From positions 256,001 through 320,000 of the forward strand of contig CAWHXD010000008.1 in the NCBI GenBank assembly GCA_963833225.1: DNA of 64,000 nucleotides. Direction: 5' to 3'. Positions 47,376 through 57,952 of this stretch are shown one piece after another. Position 1 is the first letter of the stretch. Each line of letters starts with the position of its first letter. The DNA is from an uncultured Chloroflexia bacterium. Its GTDB lineage: Bacteria > Chloroflexota > Limnocylindria > Limnocylindrales > CSP1-4. A model generated the notes under the pieces. That model made no database searches. It was not told where the DNA came from and worked only from the letters and a program-made list of their open reading frames with translations. The translations under genes were made by a program, and so were the position numbers.

Positions 47376-48484
47376 CCTGGCGCGACCACCGGCGGCGCGA
47401 CGGCCCGCCATGGCCCGGCACCGATCGCCCACGGCCGGGCCGGTGGGGCACCGGATCCCGGCGTCATCGCCGAGGGGGCCTGACCTTCCTCGGCTGTCTC
47501 GTCATCGGGATGATCCTGGTCGTGGCGCTCCTGTCCACGCTCGCGACCTGGGTCACCGGGGCGCTGCTCGGCCTGCTGGCCCCCCCGGCGGCTCCGTCGT
47601 CCCTGACCGCGGTCGCGGTGGTCGTGGTGCTCGTTGTCGCGCTCCTCGCCGGCATCCGTGTGCTCGTGACGGCCGTCCGGCCGCTCGGTGAGGTCGCAGC
47701 CGCGACGACCCGCCTGGCCGATGGGGAGCCCGGCGTGCGGGTGGATCCGCGAGGCCCGCGGCCCGTGCGTGGTCTGGGGCTGTCGTTCAACACCATGGCG
47801 GAGCGTCTCGACCGCTCTCGGGACGATCGGCGGTCGCTGCTCGCGGACGTCACCCACGAGCTCCGGACGCCGCTGACCGTCATCCAGGGCGGCCTCGAGG
47901 CCATGCTCGACGGCGTCCACCCCATGGACGAGGATCACCTCTCGCCGATCCTTGCCGAGACCGCCGTGATGGACCGGCTCCTCGATGACCTGCGGACGCT
48001 CTCCCTCGCGGACGCCGGTGCGCTCACCCTTCATCGCGAGCCCGCCGACCTGCCGACCGTCGCCCGGGAAGCCGCCGCCGCCCAGTCGACGATGGCTGCC
48101 GCGAAGCGGGTGGGCCTGCTCGTAACGGGCGGCGCACGCCTGGTCGCGGACGTGGATCCGGTGCGCTATCGCGAGATCGTCGCGAACCTGCTGGCCAACG
48201 CGATCCGCCACACGCCCCCGGGCGGGCGCGTCGAGGCCGATGTCCGCGCGGTCGGCCAGATGGCGGTGCTGACCGTGCATGACACCGGTGAGGGCATCCC
48301 GGCCGGGGACCTCGAGCGCATCTTCGATCGTTACCAGCGCCGATCGGATACCGGCGGGACCGGCCTCGGGCTGGCCATCGTCCGGGACCTCGCCGAGGCG
48401 CACGGCGGCTCAGTCAGCGCCGAGAGTGACGGCGTCCCCGGCCAGGGTGCCAGCTTCCGCGTCGCCATCCCCCTCCGGGATTGA
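47372..48484 (+). CDS. HAMP sensor histidine kinase (BaeS-like)
   Basis: HELRTPL, NLLANAIRH, DTGEGI, GTGLGL. Confidence 0.95.
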   Translation: MTWRDHRRRDGPPWPGTDRPRPGRWGTGSRRHRRGGLTFLGCLVIGMILVVALLSTLATWVTGALLGLLAPPAAPSSLTAVAVVVVLVVALLAGIRVLVTAVRPLGEVAAATTRLADGEPGVRVDPRGPRPVRGLGLSFNTMAERLDRSRDDRRSLLADVTHELRTPLTVIQGGLEAMLDGVHPMDEDHLSPILAETAVMDRLLDDLRTLSLADAGALTLHREPADLPTVAREAAAAQSTMAAAKRVGLLVTGGARLVADVDPVRYREIVANLLANAIRHTPPGGRVEADVRAVGQMAVLTVHDTGEGIPAGDLERIFDRYQRRSDTGGTGLGLAIVRDLAEAHGGSVSAESDGVPGQGASFRVAIPLRD

Positions 48485-48492
48485 CCCCCCGC

Positions 48493-49371
48493 TCAGGCGA
48501 GGCGGCGCGCCGCAAGCCGGAGCACGCTCAGCCCGATCCCCGTCGCGAGCATGAGCCCGGCCAGCACGAGCAGCGGGATGCTTGACGATCGCGCCGGGGG
48601 CAGCGGCGCTTCGGCGGCCGTTGGCAACCCTGACGCATCCGATGCTCCCGGCAGCCCGGCGAGCCCCCGCCCAGGAGAAGCCAGCTCGGGCAGGGGCGAG
48701 CCCGCCGCAGCCGCGTCGTCGACGCCGCTCGCGTGCGGGGCGCCGACCGGTGCCTCGTCGCCGGGCGAGCGGAGGTGGTCGATGGTGTTGTCCCGATCGT
48801 CGCCGGGCCGCGCACTCGGCCGCGGCGCCTGCAGGACGTCCGGCGCTGCCTCCGCGGAGGCCGACGGCGCGCTCACCTGCGCGGGAGCAACGAAGGCCGG
48901 AGCCTCGGATTCCGTGCTGACGGCACCGGAGCCATCGACCGGCTCACCAGCGGCCTCCGGTCCCGAAACGCCTCCCGCGGTCGGCGCCGTGGCTGCCAGC
49001 GGTGCCCCGAGCGAGCCCGCGACCAGGAGGCCGGCGATGCCCAGGGTGGCGAGCCCGGTGCCGAGCGGGCCGGCGAAGGCGAACCGGGGACCCGCGAAGG
49101 GCTCCAGCAGCCGGCGCCAGGTGGGGGGTCGCAGCCCCGCCGCCTGGGCGGACGTGAGACGGAAGTCGCGAGGCGGCCTGACCGGGGCCGGCAGGGCCGG
49201 CAGGGCCGCGGCGATGACGCGCAGGTCGCGGTGGAGGACGGCGCAGTCGGCACAGCTGGCGACCAGGGTCCGGGCCGCCTCGAGGTCAGCGCCGGTCGCG
49301 TCACCCGCGGCATAGGCGGCAACGAGGAGCCGGTCGTGATCGGCGTGCGGGCTGGCGGGGACGGACGGCAT
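48493..49371 (-). CDS. Anti-sigma factor, paralog 2 (CxxC N-terminal domain, two TM helices)
   Basis: SCADC, RDFRLT, TM, low-complexity loop, C-terminal TM. Lies downstream of the ECF sigma gene. Confidence 0.78.
   Translation of the reverse strand: MPSVPASPHADHDRLLVAAYAAGDATGADLEAARTLVASCADCAVLHRDLRVIAAALPALPAPVRPPRDFRLTSAQAAGLRPPTWRRLLEPFAGPRFAFAGPLGTGLATLGIAGLLVAGSLGAPLAATAPTAGGVSGPEAAGEPVDGSGAVSTESEAPAFVAPAQVSAPSASAEAAPDVLQAPRPSARPGDDRDNTIDHLRSPGDEAPVGAPHASGVDDAAAAGSPLPELASPGRGLAGLPGASDASGLPTAAEAPLPPARSSSIPLLVLAGLMLATGIGLSVLRLAARRLA
48972..49371. repeat. ~400-bp direct repeat (5' part of anti-sigma 2)
   Basis: Matches 49793-50189 except for a 3-nt insertion (extra Pro). Confidence 0.92.
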
Positions 49372-49409
49372 GACCCTGCCTTGACGAGCCGGCCCCGCCC
49401 GCGGTTCCG

Positions 49410-50189
49410 TCAGCCGAGAACGCCTAGGCGCCGGCCGGCGAGCCGGAGCCCGGCAAGCAACACGCCGGCCACCAGGGCGAGGCCCGAGAGGAGGGGCAGC
49501 GCGTGGCCGGCGACGGCATCCACACCGTCGTCTTCGGCCGAGAGATCGCCCGGGGGCGGCGTTACCGCTTCAGCATTGGGGGCACCCGCCGCATCGCTCC
49601 CAACCGTGGCGCGTTCGGGACCCGGTGCCTCGGACGCCTCGCCGTCGGCCACAGCCGGACCCGCGGGGCCGAGAGCGGGCGAGGCCTCCTCCTGGCGCTT
49701 GAACTCGAGCACGCTCGGCGAGGCGTCCTGCGCCTCCGGCGCAGCCACGGCCGGCGCCGGCTGTGGCACGGCCGCCCCACCCCCCGTCCCTGCTCCCGCG
49801 GTCGGCGCCGTGGCTGCCAGCGGTGCCCCGAGCGAGCCCGCGACCAGGAGGCCGGCGATGCCCAGGGTGGCGAGCCCGGTGCCGAGCGGGCCGGCGAAGG
49901 CGAACCGGGGACCCGCGAAGGGCTCCAGCAGCCGGCGCCAGGTGGGGGGTCGCAGCCCCGCCGCCTGGGCGGACGTGAGACGGAAGTCGCGAGGCCTGAC
50001 CGGGGCCGGCAGGGCCGGCAGGGCCGCGGCGATGACGCGCAGGTCGCGGTGGAGGACGGCGCAGTCGGCACAGCTGGCGACCAGGGTCCGGGCCGCCTCG
50101 AGGTCAGCGCCGGTCGCGTCACCCGCGGCATAGGCGGCAACGAGGAGCCGGTCGTGATCGGCGTGCGGGCTGGCGGGGACGGACGGCAT
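49410..50189 (-). CDS. Anti-sigma factor, paralog 1
   Basis: The ATG overlaps the sigma stop (TGATG). The N-terminal ~132 aa match paralog 2. Confidence 0.8.
   Translation of the reverse strand: MPSVPASPHADHDRLLVAAYAAGDATGADLEAARTLVASCADCAVLHRDLRVIAAALPALPAPVRPRDFRLTSAQAAGLRPPTWRRLLEPFAGPRFAFAGPLGTGLATLGIAGLLVAGSLGAPLAATAPTAGAGTGGGAAVPQPAPAVAAPEAQDASPSVLEFKRQEEASPALGPAGPAVADGEASEAPGPERATVGSDAAGAPNAEAVTPPPGDLSAEDDGVDAVAGHALPLLSGLALVAGVLLAGLRLAGRRLGVLG
49793..50189. repeat. 397-bp direct repeat (5' part of anti-sigma 1)
   Basis: Matches 48972-49371. Confidence 0.92.
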
Positions 50190-50806
50190 CAGTCACCCTC
50201 TCCGCGGAACAGGCCCAGGTGGCCCTCGAGACGGTCCCGCAGCGCGAGCCGTCCACGGTGGATCCGCGACTTGACGGTGCCCAGCGAGACCCCGGTGATC
50301 TCGGCGATCTCCGCGTAGTCGTACCCTTCAACGTCGAACAGGACGATGGCCTGGCGCTGGTCGGGGGTGATCGTGGCCAGGGCACCGTTGAGCACGCGGG
50401 TCCGCTCCCCCTGCATCGCGGTCCGGACCGGGTCGGCGTCCTCGCCCGCGGGGGGCTGCCAGCTCTCGTCCTCGAGCTCCGGGTACGGCTGTGATGGGCG
50501 ACGCTTCTTGAGCCGCTGCATGTCCATGGCGGCGTTGATCGCGATCCTGCTGAGCCAGGAGCGAACGCTGCCGCCGCGGAAGGACCGCATGTTGCGGTAC
50601 GCGGAGAAGAACGCCTCCTGGACCGCGTCCGACGCCTGGTCCCGATCCGGGACCATCCGCGCAACGAGGCTGTAGAGGTGGTCCTGGTAGCACTCGACGA
50701 GGCTGTTGAAGGCGTCGAGGCTGCCCTCCCGCGCCTGCTCCATCAGGATCAGGTCACGGCGTTGGACCGGGTCGTCGACGGCCTCCGTCGGCCGGGCGTC
50801 CTGCAC
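50189..50806 (-). CDS. ECF RNA polymerase sigma factor (sigma-70 family)
   Basis: DAVQEAF, SWLSRIAIN, YAEIAE..GVSLGTVKSRIHRGR. Start approximate. Confidence 0.93.
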   Translation of the reverse strand: MQDARPTEAVDDPVQRRDLILMEQAREGSLDAFNSLVECYQDHLYSLVARMVPDRDQASDAVQEAFFSAYRNMRSFRGGSVRSWLSRIAINAAMDMQRLKKRRPSQPYPELEDESWQPPAGEDADPVRTAMQGERTRVLNGALATITPDQRQAIVLFDVEGYDYAEIAEITGVSLGTVKSRIHRGRLALRDRLEGHLGLFRGEGD

Positions 50807-50940
50807 GACGGGCGCGGCCCTCCTGGCGGCGATGGTGAGGCGCGCCGAGTCTAGCATCGGGGTGCGGTCTGGCTGGGCATCCTCCCGGGGACGCCCTGCC
50901 GGCGCCACCGGTTCCCGCTCCGCTACGATGACCTGGCCAT

Positions 50941-51026
50941 GGCGAAGTGGCGGAATGGCAGACGCGGCGGTCTCAAACACCGCTGAGGGCAACCTCGTGT
51001 GGGTTCGAATCCCACCTTCGCTACCA
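50941..51026 (+). tRNA. tRNA-Leu(CAA)
   Basis: GGCGAAGTGGCGGAATGG..., loop CTCAAAC, variable arm, CCA end. Confidence 0.94.
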
Positions 51027-51083
51027 GCGCTCGGGCCGCGACCGGCCCGAGAATGCCTCCAGCCGCACCCGGAGCCTGGTCTG

Positions 51084-51659
51084 TTGAGCCTCTTCCGTCG
51101 TGTCCTCGGCCTTGATGAGCCGGCCTCGCCCGACGTCCCGGGTGACCCGAACGCGCCCCTGCCGGCGTCCGTGCCCGGCGACACCCAGAGCGTCCGCCTG
51201 TTGTCCGCCAGGCTCTCGATGCTGCCGCCGGCCCGCGCCCGCCACCTCGCGGCGTTTGCCTACCTGCTGGGGCGCGCGGCCCAGGCGACCGACGGGATGA
51301 ACGACGCGGAGCGGGCCGAGATGCGCCGGATCGTCGCGGCCGAAGGGCTCGACGCCGCGAGCGCCGACCTGATCGTGGATCTCGCCGGCGGGCTCGCGGG
51401 CTCGTTCGGGGCGACCGAGGACTACCTGGTCACGCGCGAGTTCAAGTCGATCTCGACCGCGGATGAGCGCAGGACCCTGCTCCGGTGCTGCTACCTCGTG
51501 ATGGCGGCTGACGACGAGATCGACGCCACCGAGTCGTGGCTGGCCAACCGCCTCGCCGAGGAGCTGGACGTCGAGCGCCCGGATCTCAACGCCATCCGCG
51601 CCGAGTTCCACGAGCAGCTCTCGGGCGTGCGCGCCGTCCGCGACCTCCAGCAGGGCTGA
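51084..51659 (+). CDS. TerB-family (tellurite resistance-like) protein
   Basis: AYLLGRAA..TD...AE and VMAADDEIDATE form the duplicated TerB half motifs. TTG start. Confidence 0.78.
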   Translation: MSLFRRVLGLDEPASPDVPGDPNAPLPASVPGDTQSVRLLSARLSMLPPARARHLAAFAYLLGRAAQATDGMNDAERAEMRRIVAAEGLDAASADLIVDLAGGLAGSFGATEDYLVTREFKSISTADERRTLLRCCYLVMAADDEIDATESWLANRLAEELDVERPDLNAIRAEFHEQLSGVRAVRDLQQG

Positions 51660-51684
51660 CCCTCGAGGAAAGCGGACGGGCTCC

Positions 51685-54600
51685 TCAGCTCAGCTGGATG
51701 TCGATGACGCCGTCGCCGACGCGGCGGCGAACCTCGGCCTCGAGCTCGGCGTCGTACGCCACGCCACGCAGCTCCATCGGCAGCGCGGACCCGCCGGGCG
51801 CCGGCACGTGGACCACGACGCGAGTTGCACCGGGACGCTCGCGGAGCAGCGCCTTGAAGGCCTGCATCGCCGACACGACGCGGTCGGTGCCCGCCTCGCG
51901 GGTGAACCGGACGTTGAGCACGGCCCCGGCGGCTGCCTCGACCGGCCGGGACGGCGCCTGGGCCGCCCGGGCAGCGCGCAGCCGCTCCTCCTCGGGGAGC
52001 GGGGCCTCCTCCGATCCACCCGGGCCGCCGGCATCGGCCGCCGATGCGAGGTCGGGCGGCTCCGAGTAGGCGGGCAGCGGCTCGGCGGGCCGGATCGGCG
52101 GCAACGGTGAGCGGGCCGGCTCCTGGGCCACGGCTCCGCGGAGCGGGCTCGCCGCCCAGGCTTCGACCGGACGTGGCCCGCTGCCGGCGTCGGATGGACG
52201 GCGCCCGCCGCCTGTTCCGCCCCCGCCACCACTGCCGTTGGCGCCTCCGGGACCGCGTCGAGCCCGCTTGTCAAGCGACCCGACCTCGCGGGCGAACGCC
52301 TCGGGTCCGCGCTCGGCAACGGTGTCCCAGTCCCAGACCGAAATCCGCCAGCAGCGAGGCCTCGTCGCCCCGATGATCGACACGACCGGCAACCAGCAGG
52401 ATCGCGCCATCGCGCCAGGTGCCGGCCGTGGTCTCGTAGGTCCTGGGGAAGACCACTACCTCGAGGGTGCCCTGGAGGTCCTCGAGCGTGACCACGGACA
52501 TCGTGGACCGCGCCTTGGTCAGGATGGTCCGGATGCCGGTGACGATGCCACCCAGGACCACGCGCTGGCCATCGAGCAATTCGTCCTTGAGGTCTCCGCT
52601 GTAGGCCGTGACGTACTCCCCGACCCGCTCGGCGACCTCGCCCATCGGATGGTCGGAGAGGTAGAGCCCCATCAGCTCCTTCTCCCAGCGGAGACGCTCG
52701 CGGACCGGCGTCTCCGGCGTGGCTGGCAGCGGTCGCTCCAGCGTTGCCGCCTCGTCGCCTCCCATCTCGAACAAGGACGTCTGACCGCTGATGCGATCCC
52801 GCTGCGCCGCCTGGCCGGCCGCAAGCGCATCGTCAAGGCCAAGCAGGATCTGGGCCGGGTAGCCGAGCATGTTGAGCGCCCCGACCCGGGCCAGCGACTC
52901 CAGCACCTTGCGGTTGGCCAACCGCAGATCCACCCGCGTGCAGAAGTCCGTGAGCGAGCGGAAGTCGCCGCCCTCCTCGCGCGCGTCGATGATCGACTGG
53001 ATCGCGCTCTCGCCCACGTTCTTGACGGCCAGCAGCCCGAAGCGGATCGCGTCGTCCTCGACCGTGAACCCGAGGTGCGAGCGATGGACGTCCGGGGTCC
53101 GCACGTCGATGCCCAGCCGCCGGCACTCGGCGACGGCCGCGGCGACCTTCTCCGCGTTGTCGCGGAACGCCGTCAGCACCGACGTCATGTACTCGACCGT
53201 GAAGTTGGCCTTGAGGTACGCGGTCTGGTACGCGATCAGCCCGTAGCACGTGGCATGGGCCTTGTTGAAGCCGTAGCGCTCGAACGGCTCGAACGCTTTG
53301 AACACCGCGTCGATCGTCTGGGCCGGGACCCCGCGCTCGGCCGCCTGGGTGACGAACTTGTCCTTCATCGACCGCAGGACCGACGACTTCTTCTTGCGGA
53401 TCGCGTAGCCCAGCGTGTCCGCCTCGGGGCCCGTGAACCCGCCGAGGGCCATGGCCGCGGCCATGATGTCCTCCTGGTACACGAAGATCCCGTACGTCCG
53501 GTTCAGGAACGGCTCCAGCAGCGGGTGGAGGTAGACGACCGGCTCCTGGCCGTGCTTGCGCCGGATGTAGGAGGGGATGTTGTCCATGGGGCCCGGCCGG
53601 TACAGCGCGACCATCGCTGCCAGGTCGAACACCGATGACGGCTGGAGCTCGCGCACGTAGCGCCGCATGCCCGCGGACTCCAGCTGGAACACGCCGGTCG
53701 TCTCGCCCGACGCGAGGAGCTCGAACGTCTTCCCATCGTCGAGCGGGATCGTCTCGAGGTCCACGACCACGCCCCGGTGCTCGCGGATGAGCTCCACCGC
53801 CTTGCGCAGGATGGTGAGGTTGGACAGGCCCAGGAAGTCGAACTTGAGCAGCCCGAGCGCCTCGATGCCGTGCATCTCGTACTGGGTCATGAGCGCGTCC
53901 GAGTTGGTCGCCTTCTGGAGCGGCATCAGCTCGGTGAGCGGCTCGCGGCTGATCACCACCCCGGCGGCATGCGTGGATGCGTTCCGCGCGACGCCCTCCA
54001 GCTGGCGCGCGAGGCCCAGCAGCTTCGCGATCTGGGGGTCGCCGTCCTGCATGTCCTTGAGCTGGGGCGACAGCTGGACCGCTTCCTCGAGCTTGATGCC
54101 AAGCTGGTTGGGAACCGCCTTCGCGATCCGGTCCACATCCCCATAGCTCATGCCCAGGACGCGACCCACGTCCCGGATCGCTGCCCGCGCGAGCATCGTG
54201 CCGAACGTGATGATCTGGGCCACGTGGTCCTGGCCGTACTTGCGGCTGACGTAGTTGATGACCTCGTCCCGGCGCTCGTCCTCGAAGTCCACGTCGATGT
54301 CGGGCATCGTCACCCGGTCCGGGTTGAGGAAGCGCTCGAACGGGAGCCCGTAGTGGAGCGGGTCAACGGGGGTGATGCCCAGCGTGTAGGTCACGATGGA
54401 CCCGGGCGCCGAGCCCCGGCAGGTGGTTGCGATCCCCTGCTGCCGGGCGAACTGCACGAAGTCGGCCACGATCAGGAAGTAGCCCGCGTAGCCCATCGAG
54501 ATGATCACGCCCAGCTCGTAGTCCAGGCGCTGCTGCAGCTCCGGCGTGATCCCGCCGTAGCGTCGGACGAGCCCCGCCTCGCACTCCTTGCGCAGCCACG

Positions 54601-55498
54601 TCTCCACGGTCTCGCCCTCGGGCACCGGGAAGTGCGGGATCCGCAGCTCGCCCAGCGGGAGCTTGAGGTCCACCATGTCCGCGATCCGGCGCGTGTTGAG
54701 ATATGCCTCACGCTGGTCCGGGAAGAGCGCGAACATCTCGGCCGCGGTCTTGAGGTAGAACTCCTGGCCCTCGAACCGCATCCGGTTGGGCGTGTCGAGG
54801 TTGCTCCCGGTGCCCACGCACAGCAGGACGTCGTGCGCCTCGTGCTGCGGCTGGTGGACGTAGTGCAGATCGTTGGTGACGACGAGCGGCAGGTCCATCT
54901 CCGGAGCGAGGCGGAGGAGCTGCTCGTTGAGGCGGCGCTGCTCGGGGATGCCGTGGTCCTGGAGCTCCAGGTAGAAGCGGTCCTTGCCCAGGATGTCGCT
55001 GTACTCACCCGCCAGCCGGCGGGCCAGCTCCCAGTCGTCCACCTCGAGCGCCTTGGGGATCTCGCCACCCAGGCAGGCCGACATTCCAACCAGGCCCTCG
55101 CTGTGCTTCGCGAGGTGCTCCCGGTCGATCCGCGGCTTGTAGTAGTAGCCGTCGATGTGGGCGTCGGTGATCAGCCGGTTGAGGTTCTGGTAGCCCGTCA
55201 TGTCCGTCGCGAGGAGGACCAGGTGGAAGGGCTGGCTGTCCGCCTTGCCCTCCTTGTCCGTCATGGATCGCCGCGCCACGTAGGTCTCGACGCCGATGAT
55301 CGGCTTGATCCCCGCCTTGGTGGCGGCCTGGTAGAACGCGACCGAGCCGTAGAGGGCGCCATGGTCGGTGACGGCGAGGCTGTCGAACCCGTGCTTCACC
55401 GAGGTGTCGACGAGGTCGGTGATCCGTCCCAGCCCGTCGAGCAGGCTGAACTCCGAGTGGGTGTGGAGGTGGACGAAGTCGTTCGGAGCGATGGTCAT
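51685..55498 (-). CDS. dnaE: DNA polymerase III alpha subunit (frameshift ~52340)
   Basis: HLHTHSEFSLLDG, RGSAPGS, MPDIDVDF, KFDFLGL, YGFNKAH, OB fold. The C-terminus lies in ORF 51685-52410. Confidence 0.96.
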
Positions 55499-55693
55499 CG
55501 GGAGGGCAATGGTACCGGGAGGACCGTCGTTCCTCACCGTCATCGCCCGACCGCTCCGGGCGCGTTCGGCCGACCGGCTACGCTGATGGGGTCGCTGTGG
55601 AGACTGCCCAGCCATTCGCCGACCGGCCTGTGGCGCGCCGGCAGCCGGAGGTTGGCCGAGGGAGCGGGCAGTGGCTCGGGAGGTGACCGGCTC

Positions 55694-56986
55694 GTGGGCA
55701 ACGCAGGCAACGGCAAGATCGGGTTCTGGGCGGTGGTCGCCATCGGCGTCGGCGGGATGGTCGGGGGCGGGATCTTCGCGGTCCTGGGCCTGGCCGTGCA
55801 GCTGGCGCACGGCGGCACGCCGGTGGCCTTCGCGCTGGCGGGCGTCGTGGCGCTGCTCACCACGTACTCGTACACGAAGCTCTCGGTCGCCTACCCGAGC
55901 CGCGGAGGGACGGTCACGTTCCTGGATCGCGTCTTCGGGTCCGGCATGTTGACCGGCAGCCTCAACGTTCTGCTGTGGCTGAGCTACGTCGTGATGCTCT
56001 CGTTGTACGCATTCGCGTTCGGCAGCTATGGCGCAACGTTCCTGCCACAGGCCTGGCAGGGAATTGGAACGCACGTCCTGATCAGCCTCAGCGTGATCAC
56101 GATCGGCGGGCTGAACCTGCTCAGCGCCGAGCTGATCGGGAGGGCGGAGAGCTGGATCGTGGGCCTGAAGGTCGCGATCCTGCTGTTCTTCGTCGGCGCC
56201 GGCCTGACCGGCATCAACACCGGCCAGCTCGCGCCAGGCACCTGGTCGCCGCCCCTGCAGCTGGCGGCAGGCGGGATGATCATCTTCCTCGCCTACGAAG
56301 GCTTCGAGCTGATCGCCAACACGGCGCAGGACGTCAACGACGCGGCTCGGACGCTGCCGCGCGCGTACTTCACGGCGGTCGGGTTCGTGATCGCGCTCTA
56401 TGTCCTGGTCGCGCTCGTCACGTCGGCAATCTGCCGGTGGACAGGATCGTGGCGGCCAAGGACTACGCGCTGGCGGAAGCGGCCCGACCGTTTCTCGGAC
56501 AGACCGGCTTCACGCTGATCGCGATCGCCGCGATGCTGTCCACGGCCTCGGCGATCAATGCCACGCTCTACGGCGCGGCGCGCCTGAGCTACAGCATCGC
56601 GCGCGACGGCGAGCTGCCGGCGACGCTGGAGCGCAAGGTGTGGGGCCAGCCGTTCGAGGGACTGCTGATCACGGCCGGGTTGACGCTGCTGATCGCCAAC
56701 GTGTTTGACCTGACCAGCATCGCGACGCTGGGCAGCGCGGGCTTCCTGCTGATCTTCGCCGCGGTGAACGCCGCCAACGCGCGGCACGCGTCCCACGCCG
56801 GCAGTCGCGTCTGGATCTCGGTCGTCGGGGCCGGCGCGTGCCTCGTTGCGCTGAGTGCCCTGATCTGGCAGACGACAACGACCTCACCCGCCAAGCTGTG
56901 GATCCTGGCCGCGATGCTCGCACTGGCGCCTGGCGATCGAGGGGGCCTATCGGCTGGCGAAGCGAGAGCTCCGCCTGGACGCGTAG
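55694..56986 (+). CDS. APC-family amino acid permease (frameshifts ~56420 and ~56930)
   Basis: IGVGGMVGGGIFAVLG, FLAYEGFELI, STASAINATLYG. Confidence 0.88.
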
Positions 56987-57114
56987 GTGGTGGTGTCAGG
57001 GCTGGGCCAGGGCCGTGATGGCGGGCTGCAAGGGCTGCGTCGCGATCCCACTGGCGGGTCCCAGGACCTCAGGGGGCTGGCGGATCCGGGGTCGCGGTGT
57101 CACGGTGCACGCAC

Positions 57115-57891
57115 ATGACCGCTCGCATTCGCGTCGTCCGCCTGGTGATCGTGGCCCTGGCCGGGCTCCTGCTGGCCCTCGCGATTGTCACGATCGGCCG
57201 CGTGATCCTCACGCCCCATCGCACCACGCCCGTGTATGACCCGCCGGTGCTTGCCGGCCAGTGGATCCCGGGCTATTGCTCGGCCGGCGTCTATGCGCGG
57301 CTCGGAGGCTCCGTCGTGCTCACGTCGTCCCCGCACTGCGCGGATGAGGGCACGGTGGCCACGTCGCCGGACGGGACCGTCCAGGGCGTCTTCGGGCCGA
57401 CGGCCACGGAGTCCGCGTGCGCGCACCCCGACCACACGTGCAAGCCATCGGACATGAACTCCCTCATCGTGGCGCCCGACCGTATCCCCTGGGGCCATCT
57501 CAACGAGATCGACCTGGGAACGGGCGGCTACCGGATCCTCGCGCCGGATACGCGGCCGCTGGGATGCGCCGACATCGCCGTCGACGATCCGATCGAGATG
57601 GACGGCCGGGGCAGCTACCGCACCGGGACCGTGGCCGGGATCGGCGAGTATCTCCACCCGACCGATCAGGACGGGGACTACTTCGCGTGCCTGATCGTCT
57701 CGCGCCTCCAGGTGGGCAGCGGTGACTCCGGCAGCGTGGTGCTCGTGCGGGGGATCCCGGCCGGGGTCACCTCGCGCAGCCTGGACGGCAACCTGGGGTT
57801 CACCCCGCTGGCGGAGGGCCTGTCCGTGCTGGGCCTTGAGCTGTGCACCACTCCGGATTGCGGGCTGACCCCTCCCACCGCGTCGAGGTGA
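57115..57891 (+). CDS. Secreted/anchored trypsin-like (S1) serine protease
   Basis: N-terminal TM, LTSSPHC (His), PSD (Asp), GSGDSGS (Ser), Cys-rich. Confidence 0.72.
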   Translation: MTARIRVVRLVIVALAGLLLALAIVTIGRVILTPHRTTPVYDPPVLAGQWIPGYCSAGVYARLGGSVVLTSSPHCADEGTVATSPDGTVQGVFGPTATESACAHPDHTCKPSDMNSLIVAPDRIPWGHLNEIDLGTGGYRILAPDTRPLGCADIAVDDPIEMDGRGSYRTGTVAGIGEYLHPTDQDGDYFACLIVSRLQVGSGDSGSVVLVRGIPAGVTSRSLDGNLGFTPLAEGLSVLGLELCTTPDCGLTPPTASR

Positions 57892-57952
57892 AGCCGGTGC
57901 GCACCCCGTCGCTCTCCGCTCGACGCCGGGGCTGGAGGGTTCGCGGTCTGCG

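Noticed and set aside
52271-52410. Split or programmed-frameshift dnaE, or an intein
   Set aside because: No intein motifs or slippery site are seen. A single indel fits the error pattern elsewhere in the window.
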